From: Thermoleophilia bacterium
GTDB taxonomy: Bacteria > Actinomycetota > Thermoleophilia > BMS3ABIN01
Assembly (NCBI GenBank): GCA_020053595.1
Contig: JAGVMV010000046.1
Span: forward strand, 197-64,196
Reading direction: 5' to 3'
Length of the DNA stretch: 64,000 nucleotides
Each line of letters begins with the position of its first letter. Within the stretch, counting starts at the first letter, position 1. This document shows positions 10,693 to 19,577 of the stretch, piece by piece. The position numbers and the translations under genes were made by a program. The notes under the pieces are model-generated. The model did not search any database and was not told the origin of the DNA. It saw only the letters and a list, made by a program, of their open reading frames with translations.

Positions 10693-11902
10693 TGCTTGCC
10701 CCAGAAGACTCCTTGTGAGCCTTGTAATCCTTATAGATATAGATGAGCTCTTTCTCGAAGAGGCCGCGCTTTAACTCAACCGCCAGCTTGCGGGAAAGAC
10801 GCAATATCTCCGTACAGTCATCGTCATCGAGCTCGATGGCGAATTCCTGGAACTTCCTCTTGATTGAGCGCGTGCCGGAATGCTTGCCGACGACCAGCTG
10901 GCGTTCGAGGCCCACCTCTTCCGGCGTGAACACCTCGTAATTGAGCGGGTTCTTGATAACGCCATCGGCGTGGATCCCTGACTCGTGGGCAAAGACGTTG
11001 GCGCCGACGATCGGCTTCCATACCGGAATGGCGCGCGAAGAAGCATTAGCCACATACTCTGACAGTTCCCGGAAGCGCTCGGTTTTGAGCCCGAGGTCGA
11101 CTTTGGAAATGTACTTGAGCGCCATCACGACCTCCTCGAGGGCCGCGTTTCCCGCCCTCTCCCCCAGGCCGTTGACGGTCGTATTTACATAGTGGGCGCC
11201 GGCCTTGATGCCGGCGATGGCATTGGCGGTAGCCATTCCGAAATCGTTATGCGTGTGCATCTCGATCTCAATCTCCGCGTTTTTGCGTAGAAATGAGACC
11301 ACGTTAAAAGTGTCGAAGGGGTCGAGGATGCCGACTGTGTCACAGAATCGTACGCGGTCCGCGCCGCACTCCTTGGCGGAGCGGGCAAAACGCACCAGGA
11401 AATCCAGATCCGCGCGCGAGGCGTCCTCGGCGTTCACCGACACGTAGAGGTCGTGTTTCTTGGCGAAGGCCACCGCTTTTTTAATACTTTCCAGTACCCA
11501 GTTGCGAGACTTCTTCAGCTTGTGCTCGATGTGAATATCCGAAGCCGACATGGAGATGGCTACAGCGTTGACGCCGCAGTCGATCGAGTGCTGGATATCA
11601 TCGATAACCGCCCGGTTCCAGGCGAGGATGCTGGCATTCAGATTAAGGCCGGCGATGTGCTTGATGGTCTCTTTCTCATCGCCAAGCATGGCGGGTATGC
11701 CGACTTCGATCTGGTGCACCCCCACCTCATCCAGCAAGCGGGCGATTCGCACTTTCTCCTGGTTGGCAAAGACCACACCGGCGGTCTGCTCGCCGTCGCG
11801 CAACGTCGTGTCATCGATTTTGATCTTCTTCTCAAGACCTGGCTCGATGCCTTGCAGGATAAAACTATGTAGATGATTTTCAGACGGTGGTTTCATTTTC
11901 AC
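10685..11902 (-). CDS. 2-isopropylmalate / (R)-citramalate / homocitrate synthase family protein (short form without LeuA regulatory domain)
   Basis: DTTLRDGEQ, HTHND.G.A.AN and E.G.H.DG motifs. At ~400 aa it lacks the C-terminal LeuA dimerisation/regulatory domain. Confidence 0.78.
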   Translation of the reverse strand: MKMKPPSENHLHSFILQGIEPGLEKKIKIDDTTLRDGEQTAGVVFANQEKVRIARLLDEVGVHQIEVGIPAMLGDEKETIKHIAGLNLNASILAWNRAVIDDIQHSIDCGVNAVAISMSASDIHIEHKLKKSRNWVLESIKKAVAFAKKHDLYVSVNAEDASRADLDFLVRFARSAKECGADRVRFCDTVGILDPFDTFNVVSFLRKNAEIEIEMHTHNDFGMATANAIAGIKAGAHYVNTTVNGLGERAGNAALEEVVMALKYISKVDLGLKTERFRELSEYVANASSRAIPVWKPIVGANVFAHESGIHADGVIKNPLNYEVFTPEEVGLERQLVVGKHSGTRSIKRKFQEFAIELDDDDCTEILRLSRKLAVELKRGLFEKELIYIYKDYKAHKESSGASSD

Positions 11903-12080
11903 CCGGTGGGATATTCTCTTTTAACAACAATACCCGCCTCGATCCTTGGAAGCGGCTGTTACGAGGTATTCAATAAAATACATTATTCTTGCTGCTCTTG
12001 CTAGCTTACAACATAATCCAGCCGATGCCAGCACCTCGGAAGCCGTCTACCGGTAAGCTGACCAGGTGCGGGGCCGGTTC

Positions 12081-13529
12081 TCAGCCGGTCAGTTTTTTCT
12101 TCAGCAGCTCATTCACCAGCTTGGGGTTGGCGCGCCCCTGGGTAGCTTTCATCACTTGACCGACGAAAAAGCCGATTACCTGCTCCTTGCCTGCCCGATA
12201 CTGCTCCACCTGGCTGGGATTTCCGGATATGGCCGTGTCGATCAGGGCCTCAAGCTCGGATTCATCCGATATCTGGGTAAGACCCTTCTCATCAATGATT
12301 TCTTCGGGGCTCTTGCCGGTATCGCACATCTCGGCGAAAACATCCTTGCCAACGTTGGCACTCACCTTTCCCGAGGTAACCAGCGTCAACAGCGCGGCCA
12401 GCGACTCTGGCGCAACCTTGCAGGCGGAGAGCTCCTGTCCGGTTGCGTTGAGGTAGCCGAGCAGTTCGCCCATCACCCAGTTGCTGACAGTCTTTGCGTC
12501 TTTAAAATGTTCCAGGCAAGCCTCGTAATAGTCAGCCAGTTCCCTGCTCGCGGTCAATACCTCGGCGTCATATTCGGGCAAGCCAAGGGTATCCATGTAG
12601 CGCAAAGCCCTGGTCTCCGGCAGCTCGGGCATCTCCGCCCTCACCTCTTCCACGAATTCATCCGAGACGATTAACGGCACCAGGTCGGGTTCGGGGAAAT
12701 ATCGGTAATCGTGGGCGAACTCCTTGGAGCGCAGTGAGCTGATCTCGCCACTGGTGACGTCGAAGTGTACCGTCTGCTGCACGACTTTCTCGCCGCTCTC
12801 CAGGAGATCGATCTGACGGGAAATCTCCTGCGTAAGTCCTTTTTCGATGTACTTGAAACTATTCATGTTCTTGAGCTCGGTCTTGACGCCGAGTTCGGTT
12901 TCACCAACCCGCCTTACCGATATATTGGCGTCGCAGCGAAGCGAGCCCTCCTCCATGTTGCAGTCGGAAACATCCAGATATTGCAGGGTGTTCTTCAGCT
13001 TGTTCAGGAAGGCCCGGGCCACCTGAGGTGAAGTGATTTCCGGCTTGGTGACGATCTCAACCAGCGGTGTGCCGGAACGGTTGAAGTCGATTAATGAATA
13101 AAGTGATCCGGCGATGCGCCCGCTTTCTCCGGCGTGGATGTTCTTGGCCGTATCTTCCTCCTGATGGACGCGTTCGATACCGATTTTGTGCATCTTTCCG
13201 TGCACTCCGACATTCACATGGCCTTCAACGGCATACGGCTGGTCATACTGTGAAATCTGGTAGCCCTTGGGAAGATCCGGATAAAAATAATTCTTTCGAT
13301 GAAAGATACTCTTTGCAGAGATTTCACAATCCAGCGAAAGCGCGATGCGTGTCAGGTATCGAATTGCCTGACGGTTCATCACCGGCAGCGCACCCGGGTG
13401 CGCCAGGCAGACCGGGCAGGTGCGCACGTTCGGCTCACCGCCGAACTGAACCTGGCAGCCGCAGAACATCTTGCTCCTGGTGGAAAGCTCTACATGTATT
13501 TCCAGACCGATTACCGGTTCGTAAACCAT
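12081..13529 (-). CDS. gatB: Asp-tRNA(Asn)/Glu-tRNA(Gln) amidotransferase subunit B
   Basis: MVYEPVIGLEIHVEL...CGC..C.aHPG.LPV; 482 aa. Confidence 0.93.
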   Translation of the reverse strand: MVYEPVIGLEIHVELSTRSKMFCGCQVQFGGEPNVRTCPVCLAHPGALPVMNRQAIRYLTRIALSLDCEISAKSIFHRKNYFYPDLPKGYQISQYDQPYAVEGHVNVGVHGKMHKIGIERVHQEEDTAKNIHAGESGRIAGSLYSLIDFNRSGTPLVEIVTKPEITSPQVARAFLNKLKNTLQYLDVSDCNMEEGSLRCDANISVRRVGETELGVKTELKNMNSFKYIEKGLTQEISRQIDLLESGEKVVQQTVHFDVTSGEISSLRSKEFAHDYRYFPEPDLVPLIVSDEFVEEVRAEMPELPETRALRYMDTLGLPEYDAEVLTASRELADYYEACLEHFKDAKTVSNWVMGELLGYLNATGQELSACKVAPESLAALLTLVTSGKVSANVGKDVFAEMCDTGKSPEEIIDEKGLTQISDESELEALIDTAISGNPSQVEQYRAGKEQVIGFFVGQVMKATQGRANPKLVNELLKKKLTG

Positions 13530-13628
13530 CTATTCCAGCTCCTGGATGAAGTTATCCCAAATCAGATAATTCCGGCATATGGGTAAATCAGGTTCAAGTC
13601 CCGAATTTCGCAGGCTCTTCGGATTCAT

Positions 13629-15085
13629 TCAGTCCTGCCCGGCGATAAGCGGTGATACGCTTTTGAAATCCATCAACTGTTCGGCGCTGTAAGCAGCCTG
13701 CAGAATGGCCGGCTCCGTAAAAGCCCGGCCGATAATCTGCAGCCCCACTGGAAGGCCCTCGGACAAGCCTGCCGGTATCGATATGGCCGGCAATCCGGCC
13801 AGGTTTACCGGTATCGTACAGATGTCTGATTTGTACATGGTCAGCGGGTCGCCGGTTTTTTCGTCCAGCCGGAAAGCGGTAGTCGGGGCTGATGGTGAGA
13901 CAAGCAGATCGAATTCACCCAGGGCCTTCTCGAAGTCCCTCACGATGAGGGTGCGGACCTTCTGGGCCTGCCCGTAATACGCTTCATAATATCCGGAAGA
14001 AAGCGCGTAGGTTCCGAGCATGATCCGGCGTTTGACCTCCTCGCCGAAACCAAGGCTTCGCGTCTCCTCATACATTTCCGTGACATCGTTCGTGCCCCCG
14101 GCCCGCAGCCCGAATCGTACGCCGTCAAAACGCGCCAGGTTGGCGCTGGCCTCGGCCGGAGCCAGGATGTAATACGCCGGCAGGGCATAAGCTGAATGAG
14201 GCAGGCTGGCCTCGCCGACAATGGCGCCGGCGGCCTCCATCTTTTGCACCGTCTCGTTAAACACCTTCATCACCCCGGGGTCGATCCCCTCCCCCACCAG
14301 TTCCTTAACTACCCCCAGGCGTACGCCAGAAAGATCTCGATCTTCCGGTAGCGTAATTTTCTCTGGATGTTCAATAGAAGTGGAGTCCAGCGGATCCTTG
14401 CCGACCAGAAAACGCAGCATTAGCGCCGCGTCGGTGACATTTCTGGTAATCGGCCCAACCTGGTCAAACGAAGAAGCAAACGCGACCAGCCCGTAGCGGG
14501 ATACGCTGCCGTATGTTGGCTTCAGCCCGACGACGCCGCAAAAAGCGGCCGGCTGCCTGATTGAGCCGCCCGTGTCGGAACCAAGGGCCCAGATCGCCTC
14601 TCCGGCTGCAACCGCCGCCGCCGAACCACCGCTGGAGCCTCCCGGGACGCGTCCCAGGTCCCAGGGATTCCGTGTGGGTCCATAGGCGGAGTTCTCTGTG
14701 GATGAGCCCATGGCGAACTCATCCATATTGGTTTTTCCCAGCATGACGATGCCGGCATCCTGCATCTGACGGACGCAGGTTGCGGTATAGAAAGGTTTGT
14801 AGTTTTCCAGCATCCGTGAAGCGCAGGTCGTCGTGACTCCTCGCGTGCAGAGCACATCCTTGACCGCTGTCGGCAGGCCCGCCAGCTCAGGTCGGTCTTC
14901 CGCCAGCTGATCAACCGCCGCGGCTTCCTCTCGAGCGCTTGTGCCGGTCACGTTCAGATAGGCGAAAACATCCTTGTCGTGGCGCTCGATCTGGGCCAGG
15001 CAGGCATCGGTGAGTTCGGAAGAGGTCAGCTCTTTTTTCCCGATCAGGGCAAGAGCTTCCACAGCTGTCAGCCGCAGCAGGTTCA
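13629..15085 (-). CDS. gatA: Glutamyl-tRNA(Gln) amidotransferase subunit A (amidase signature)
   Basis: Amidase signature GGSSGGSAAAVA. The six-frame ORF runs to 15206, but the conserved N-terminus (NLLRLTAVEAL..) suggests a TTG start near 15085, just downstream of the gatC stop. Confidence 0.88.
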
Positions 15086-15093
15086 AAAGCGGA

Positions 15094-15381
15094 TCATGCC
15101 TCCAGAATCGGCGGCACCCGGAATGCCCCCCGTTCAACTTCGGGACCGTTGGCAAGAGCTTCTTCGCGTTCCACTGAGGGGCGTGGTTCATCCTCGCGAA
15201 AGACATTCGCCAGCCCGATCACATGGGAAGTCGGTTCCACGCCGGAAAGGTCGAGCTCGGATATCTTGTCTATGTGTTCGAGGATACCTGATAGCTGGCG
15301 GGCAAAACGGTCAAGCTCGTCCGGTCCGACCTTCAGCCGGGCCAACTTGGCAACATATTTGACATCTTCATGAGAAACCAA
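15094..15381 (-). CDS. gatC: Glutamyl-tRNA(Gln) amidotransferase subunit C
   Basis: 95 aa; V.YVAKLARL....EL..F...L..IL.H. Positioned directly upstream of gatA. Confidence 0.85.
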   Translation of the reverse strand: MVSHEDVKYVAKLARLKVGPDELDRFARQLSGILEHIDKISELDLSGVEPTSHVIGLANVFREDEPRPSVEREEALANGPEVERGAFRVPPILEA

Positions 15382-15546
15382 GTCCCAATCCTTTCATTCA
15401 CCAGAAAAGCCGCACGAACCGAACCGTGTCAGCAGTTGAAAATCTTATCACAACCCCCGTTCCGACTCCCCATCCTTTTCAACTTCCACTCAGAGAAATT
15501 TACGGAGGGTCCTGCGAGCAGTTTTTTAGGCGTTGGAACTACTGAG

Positions 15547-16989
15547 TCAGGTTTCCATGCTGCCCAGATTCTCTACCTTCCACTCGCAGAGGTTTACGAG
15601 TGAATCGATATCGAATGCATCCAGGTCAAGCTCCCAGCGGCTGGGCAAATCCTGCTTCAGAGCTTTGGCCGCGTTACGGTATTCCATTACGGCCGATTTA
15701 AAGCGGCCCAGCCGTTCCATGGCGTTTGCGACATGGAAATATGCCAGGCTATAGGTGTTGTCACAGCAGATCGCCCGACGGAAAGCCTCCACGGAAAGCT
15801 CGAGGTCATTGCTGCGCTCATGGGCCAGTCCCAGGAGGAAATGAACCTCCACCGTATCACTATTTTGCTTGACAGCATCGTTTAACAGCTCGATCGCCTT
15901 CTCGTATTCTCCAAGATCAATGCTCGCGCGGGCTTTCATAATCAACGGATCGGCTTGAGCTGATTTTGACTCGTTGATACCGGAATCAACTTCTGGACTC
16001 TTGGAATCGACAAGATCCTGTGCCTGCCGCACGTTTCGTCTGCCGCCCTCAACGCGCCGGTCAGTCACTACATCCGGTGGCATCGGTAATCCTCTCAGGC
16101 GGCGGTCCGGGATAAAACGCCTGCCCTCAATTGAACGTGGCAGCGACTTCTTATAGATAAACGCGTCTCCCATCTCTACCAGGCTGTACTTGGCCGACAT
16201 TTTCCAGAGCGTCTCGGAATGACCGAGGAAAAGGTAGCCGCCGGGATTAAGTATGTCAAAAAAATGCTCGATCACGTATTTGGCTGTTTCGTGGGTGAAA
16301 TATATGATGACATTCCGGCAAAAGACAAAGTCGCAAGTACCGAAGATGCTGACCGGAAGGGAGTCGGTAACCATGTTGTGCCGTGTAAAATGGACCATCC
16401 GCCGCAACGGTTCGGCCACAACGTAGCCACCATCACTTTCGCGAAAATATCTTTCACGATGGTTGCGGTCGATGCCGGTAAGCTTTCTTTCCTGGTACCA
16501 CCCTCTCTCGGCTATGGCCAGTGCGTTCTCGCTCAGATCTGTCCCGAGAATTTGTATGTTCCAGCTTTCCGCGTCCGGTAACACGTCGAGTACGGCCATC
16601 GCCAGCGAGTAAGGTTCCTGTCCGGTGGAGCATCCGGCGCTCCAGAAACGCAGATTGCGGTAACCATTTGACTTACGCTGTACGATTTCCGGAATAACAT
16701 ACTTGCGCAGGGCGTCGAACTGTGGCAGGTTGCGAAAGAATTGAGTCTCCTGCACAGAAAGATGGTCGAGTAACCGGCGTAGTTCTACCTCCCGATCCGG
16801 CAAGCTGGTCAGCTGCTCATAATATTCAGTAAGCGTCTCGGCGCCGACCGCGTCTGCCCGATCGGTTAAACCGAGACGCAGCAGGTCTCGTTTGCCCCGG
16901 TCAAAGAATATACCGCTGGTTTGGTTGATCAGCTTGCGGAAGCGCTCGAAATCTTCCTCGGTCAGCTCGAAATGTTTAGATGGCATCAT
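15547..16989 (-). CDS. Chemotaxis protein methyltransferase CheR fused to a C-terminal TPR domain (WspC-like)
   Basis: CheR N-terminal and SAM-MTase regions (FFRN.....L, W.AGCSTGQEPYSLAM) followed by about 130 aa of TPR repeats. Confidence 0.88.
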   Translation of the reverse strand: MMPSKHFELTEEDFERFRKLINQTSGIFFDRGKRDLLRLGLTDRADAVGAETLTEYYEQLTSLPDREVELRRLLDHLSVQETQFFRNLPQFDALRKYVIPEIVQRKSNGYRNLRFWSAGCSTGQEPYSLAMAVLDVLPDAESWNIQILGTDLSENALAIAERGWYQERKLTGIDRNHRERYFRESDGGYVVAEPLRRMVHFTRHNMVTDSLPVSIFGTCDFVFCRNVIIYFTHETAKYVIEHFFDILNPGGYLFLGHSETLWKMSAKYSLVEMGDAFIYKKSLPRSIEGRRFIPDRRLRGLPMPPDVVTDRRVEGGRRNVRQAQDLVDSKSPEVDSGINESKSAQADPLIMKARASIDLGEYEKAIELLNDAVKQNSDTVEVHFLLGLAHERSNDLELSVEAFRRAICCDNTYSLAYFHVANAMERLGRFKSAVMEYRNAAKALKQDLPSRWELDLDAFDIDSLVNLCEWKVENLGSMET

Positions 16990-18484
16990 TGGCCCCGCCC
17001 GTGACTATTCTGTTCTTTCCCGCCGTTTTCGCCTCGTACATGGCGGCATCGGCCATCTGCACCAGCTCTGTCTGATTATCAACACCGCACTCGGGATAGG
17101 CGGCAATGCCCAGGCTGACTGTCATCCTGATTTTACCCTCCGGGGTCACAAATTCGTTGCTCTCAACCGATTGCCTGATTCTCTCAGCAACCGGTTTGGC
17201 CTGATCCACAGCCGTCTGTGGCAGGAGCACGGCAAATTCTTCGCCACCGTACCTGGCCAAAATATCTATGTCTCTGATCTGTCGCTGAATAACGATTGCC
17301 ATCTCCTTGAGAATGTCATCCCCAACCTGGTGGCCATAGGTGTCATTGATGTGCTTGAAAAAATCGATATCGATCATAATCATCGAAAGATTTGTCTTGT
17401 AACGCCTGCTGCGCATGAATTCCTGTTCAAGAAGTTCATAGAAATGCCGGTGATTGAACAGACGCGTCAGACCATCCGTAATTGCCAGTCTTTTCGTACC
17501 CTCATGAAGCCTCGCGTTATCGACCACGACGCTGGCGGGATGTTCCACGATTTCCAGCACTCGCTGGATATCTTCACTGAAGGCATCAGAACGCGGGCTG
17601 TTGATAGTGAGTACCGCTATCGTCTTTCCGCGCGCCTGGAGAGGTATCGATAGAGTGGATCGCAAGGCATCGCATTCAGGGTGCTCGCCCTTCAGGAAAA
17701 CGGGATCAGCGTCGATGGTCATCTTCACCTGATTCAGCGTCGTACCTTTGTGAAGATATTCCATGGCAGCTTCAAATGCATGCATACGCGATAGTTCAAA
17801 ATAGTCGTTTCCTACCGGGTTTTCTACATGAATGATCAGCTCCAGTTCATCTATCAGAAAAACAGACGAAACATAACATTCGGAAACTTTGGCTATGACG
17901 GTGAGCACAGAGCTGACCGTTACCGCGCAATCCTCGCTAAGAGTATTGAGCTTGCTGATCTCATTAATAATCGTTGCCTCGTAAAGCTTTCTATCTAGTA
18001 GCTCATTCACCCGTGATAACACATCCGTATCTTCCTGCTTCATCAGGTTCCCGGCCCTGATATCCGGTTTGGAACTACCGGCTGTTATACCGTTCTGTTC
18101 CAGCATTTCATGGATGCTGGTAGCCAGCCCGGTCAACTTGAAGTCCTTGGTTACATAGCGATCGGCTCCGGTTTTCAGACCCCAGAATTTATCAGTTTCC
18201 TGTGACCTGCTTGTCAACATGACTACGGGAATATGGGCTGTGCGCCGGTCATCCTTGATTAATCGACACACCTGGTAACCGTTCATGCGAGGCATCTCGA
18301 TATCCAGCACCATGAGATCCGGGCTCTCGTCGAAAGCCCGGCTAACAGCCTCTATGCCATCTTTGGCCAGTATCACTTTGTAACCCTCCCGATGTAATAC
18401 CGACATGATTATCTGCCGCTGGGTAGGACTGTCCTCGGCGACGAGAATCCGATACCTGTTTTCCTGTTTTTGGATTGCTTCCAT
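16976..18484 (-). CDS. Response-regulator diguanylate cyclase, REC-GAF-GGDEF (WspR-like)
   Basis: Receiver domain (ILVAEDS...D...LD..MP), a central GAF-like region, and a GGDEF domain with an intact GGEEF motif plus RYGGEEF. Confidence 0.88.
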   Translation of the reverse strand: MEAIQKQENRYRILVAEDSPTQRQIIMSVLHREGYKVILAKDGIEAVSRAFDESPDLMVLDIEMPRMNGYQVCRLIKDDRRTAHIPVVMLTSRSQETDKFWGLKTGADRYVTKDFKLTGLATSIHEMLEQNGITAGSSKPDIRAGNLMKQEDTDVLSRVNELLDRKLYEATIINEISKLNTLSEDCAVTVSSVLTVIAKVSECYVSSVFLIDELELIIHVENPVGNDYFELSRMHAFEAAMEYLHKGTTLNQVKMTIDADPVFLKGEHPECDALRSTLSIPLQARGKTIAVLTINSPRSDAFSEDIQRVLEIVEHPASVVVDNARLHEGTKRLAITDGLTRLFNHRHFYELLEQEFMRSRRYKTNLSMIMIDIDFFKHINDTYGHQVGDDILKEMAIVIQRQIRDIDILARYGGEEFAVLLPQTAVDQAKPVAERIRQSVESNEFVTPEGKIRMTVSLGIAAYPECGVDNQTELVQMADAAMYEAKTAGKNRIVTGGANDAI

Positions 18485-18487
18485 GAT

Positions 18488-19558
18488 TTAAGTGTATTCC
18501 ATGATCAGTCTGCTCACATCGGAAAGTGGCGCCACCCTCTCAATGCCGCCAAGCTTGATGGCCTCCTTCGCCATACTGAATATCACAGACGTGTTCTCAT
18601 CCTGGGCTATCGTATGGCCACCCTGATCGTGAATCGCCTTCATTCCCTGGGCGCCGTCCCTTCCCATCCCCGTGAGAATGACCCCTATCGAGTCTTTTCC
18701 ATATGCAACGGCAACTGATTCCAAAAGCACGTCTACTGATGGTTTGTGAGGGCCCGGTATCTGCCGTTCAACAAGGTTGATGAGACCTCCTTTTGAAACG
18801 ATCATGTGAATTCCATCAGGAGCGATGACTACCTCACCGTTCTGTATCTTGTGACCATCCGAACCCAATATCACTTTAAGTTTGCAGCTGCCTGACAGCC
18901 ATTCAATCAGCCCTTCCGTGAAGCCCCTGGCGATATGCTGAACAATGACAACGCCGGCTTTGAAGTTGCCAGGCAGGCTACAGAGAATATTTTGAAGAGC
19001 CTGGGGTCCTCCGGTCGATGAGCCGATAGCTACAAGTTTTTGTCCTTCCAGAGCACTGGCCGAGCCAGGAACTGGCTGAAATTCGTGCAGATGTTTCAAA
19101 AGCCGCGCCCGGGGATGAGTAATGACCCGCACCCGTGAAAGTAGTTTGATCTTGGCTCGTAAATCAGCTGCTACGTCGTTGAATTCGTCAATTGATTTGG
19201 GTGTCGGCTTGCTGATTACATCAACAGCGCCAGCTCCCAGAGCTCTGGCTGCGTTGGCCGTGTTCTCCTTATCGACGACCGAACTTACAACCAGTACCGG
19301 CACCGGATTGTAGGCCATTATGTGTTCGATAGCCGAAAGCCCGTCCATGACCGGCATGTTTACATCCATGGTGACCAGATCTGGATCAAGCGCCGCGACC
19401 TGTTCAATGGCCTCCCTTCCATTACCGGCGGTTCCAACCACCTTGATGTCCGGATCCATCTCCAGCATGCGACACAGCATTAGCCGCACGGTCTGGGAGT
19501 CATCCGCGACCAGAACCCGCACTTTCTTCGTTTCCTTTAATTTTAAGTGAGCTTCCAT
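18488..19558 (-). CDS. cheB: Protein-glutamate methylesterase CheB (REC + methylesterase)
   Basis: VLVADDS receiver followed by a CheB catalytic domain (GSSTGGP, GMGRDGA..). Confidence 0.9.
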   Translation of the reverse strand: MEAHLKLKETKKVRVLVADDSQTVRLMLCRMLEMDPDIKVVGTAGNGREAIEQVAALDPDLVTMDVNMPVMDGLSAIEHIMAYNPVPVLVVSSVVDKENTANAARALGAGAVDVISKPTPKSIDEFNDVAADLRAKIKLLSRVRVITHPRARLLKHLHEFQPVPGSASALEGQKLVAIGSSTGGPQALQNILCSLPGNFKAGVVIVQHIARGFTEGLIEWLSGSCKLKVILGSDGHKIQNGEVVIAPDGIHMIVSKGGLINLVERQIPGPHKPSVDVLLESVAVAYGKDSIGVILTGMGRDGAQGMKAIHDQGGHTIAQDENTSVIFSMAKEAIKLGGIERVAPLSDVSRLIMEYT

Positions 19559-19577
19559 TAATTTCAGGTAGACGACT

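Noticed and set aside
11903-12080. Leucine-operon leader peptide or attenuator between gatB and the LeuA-family synthase
   Set aside because: No Leu-codon-rich small ORF or alternative hairpins evident in the 178-nt spacer. It cannot be supported from sequence alone.
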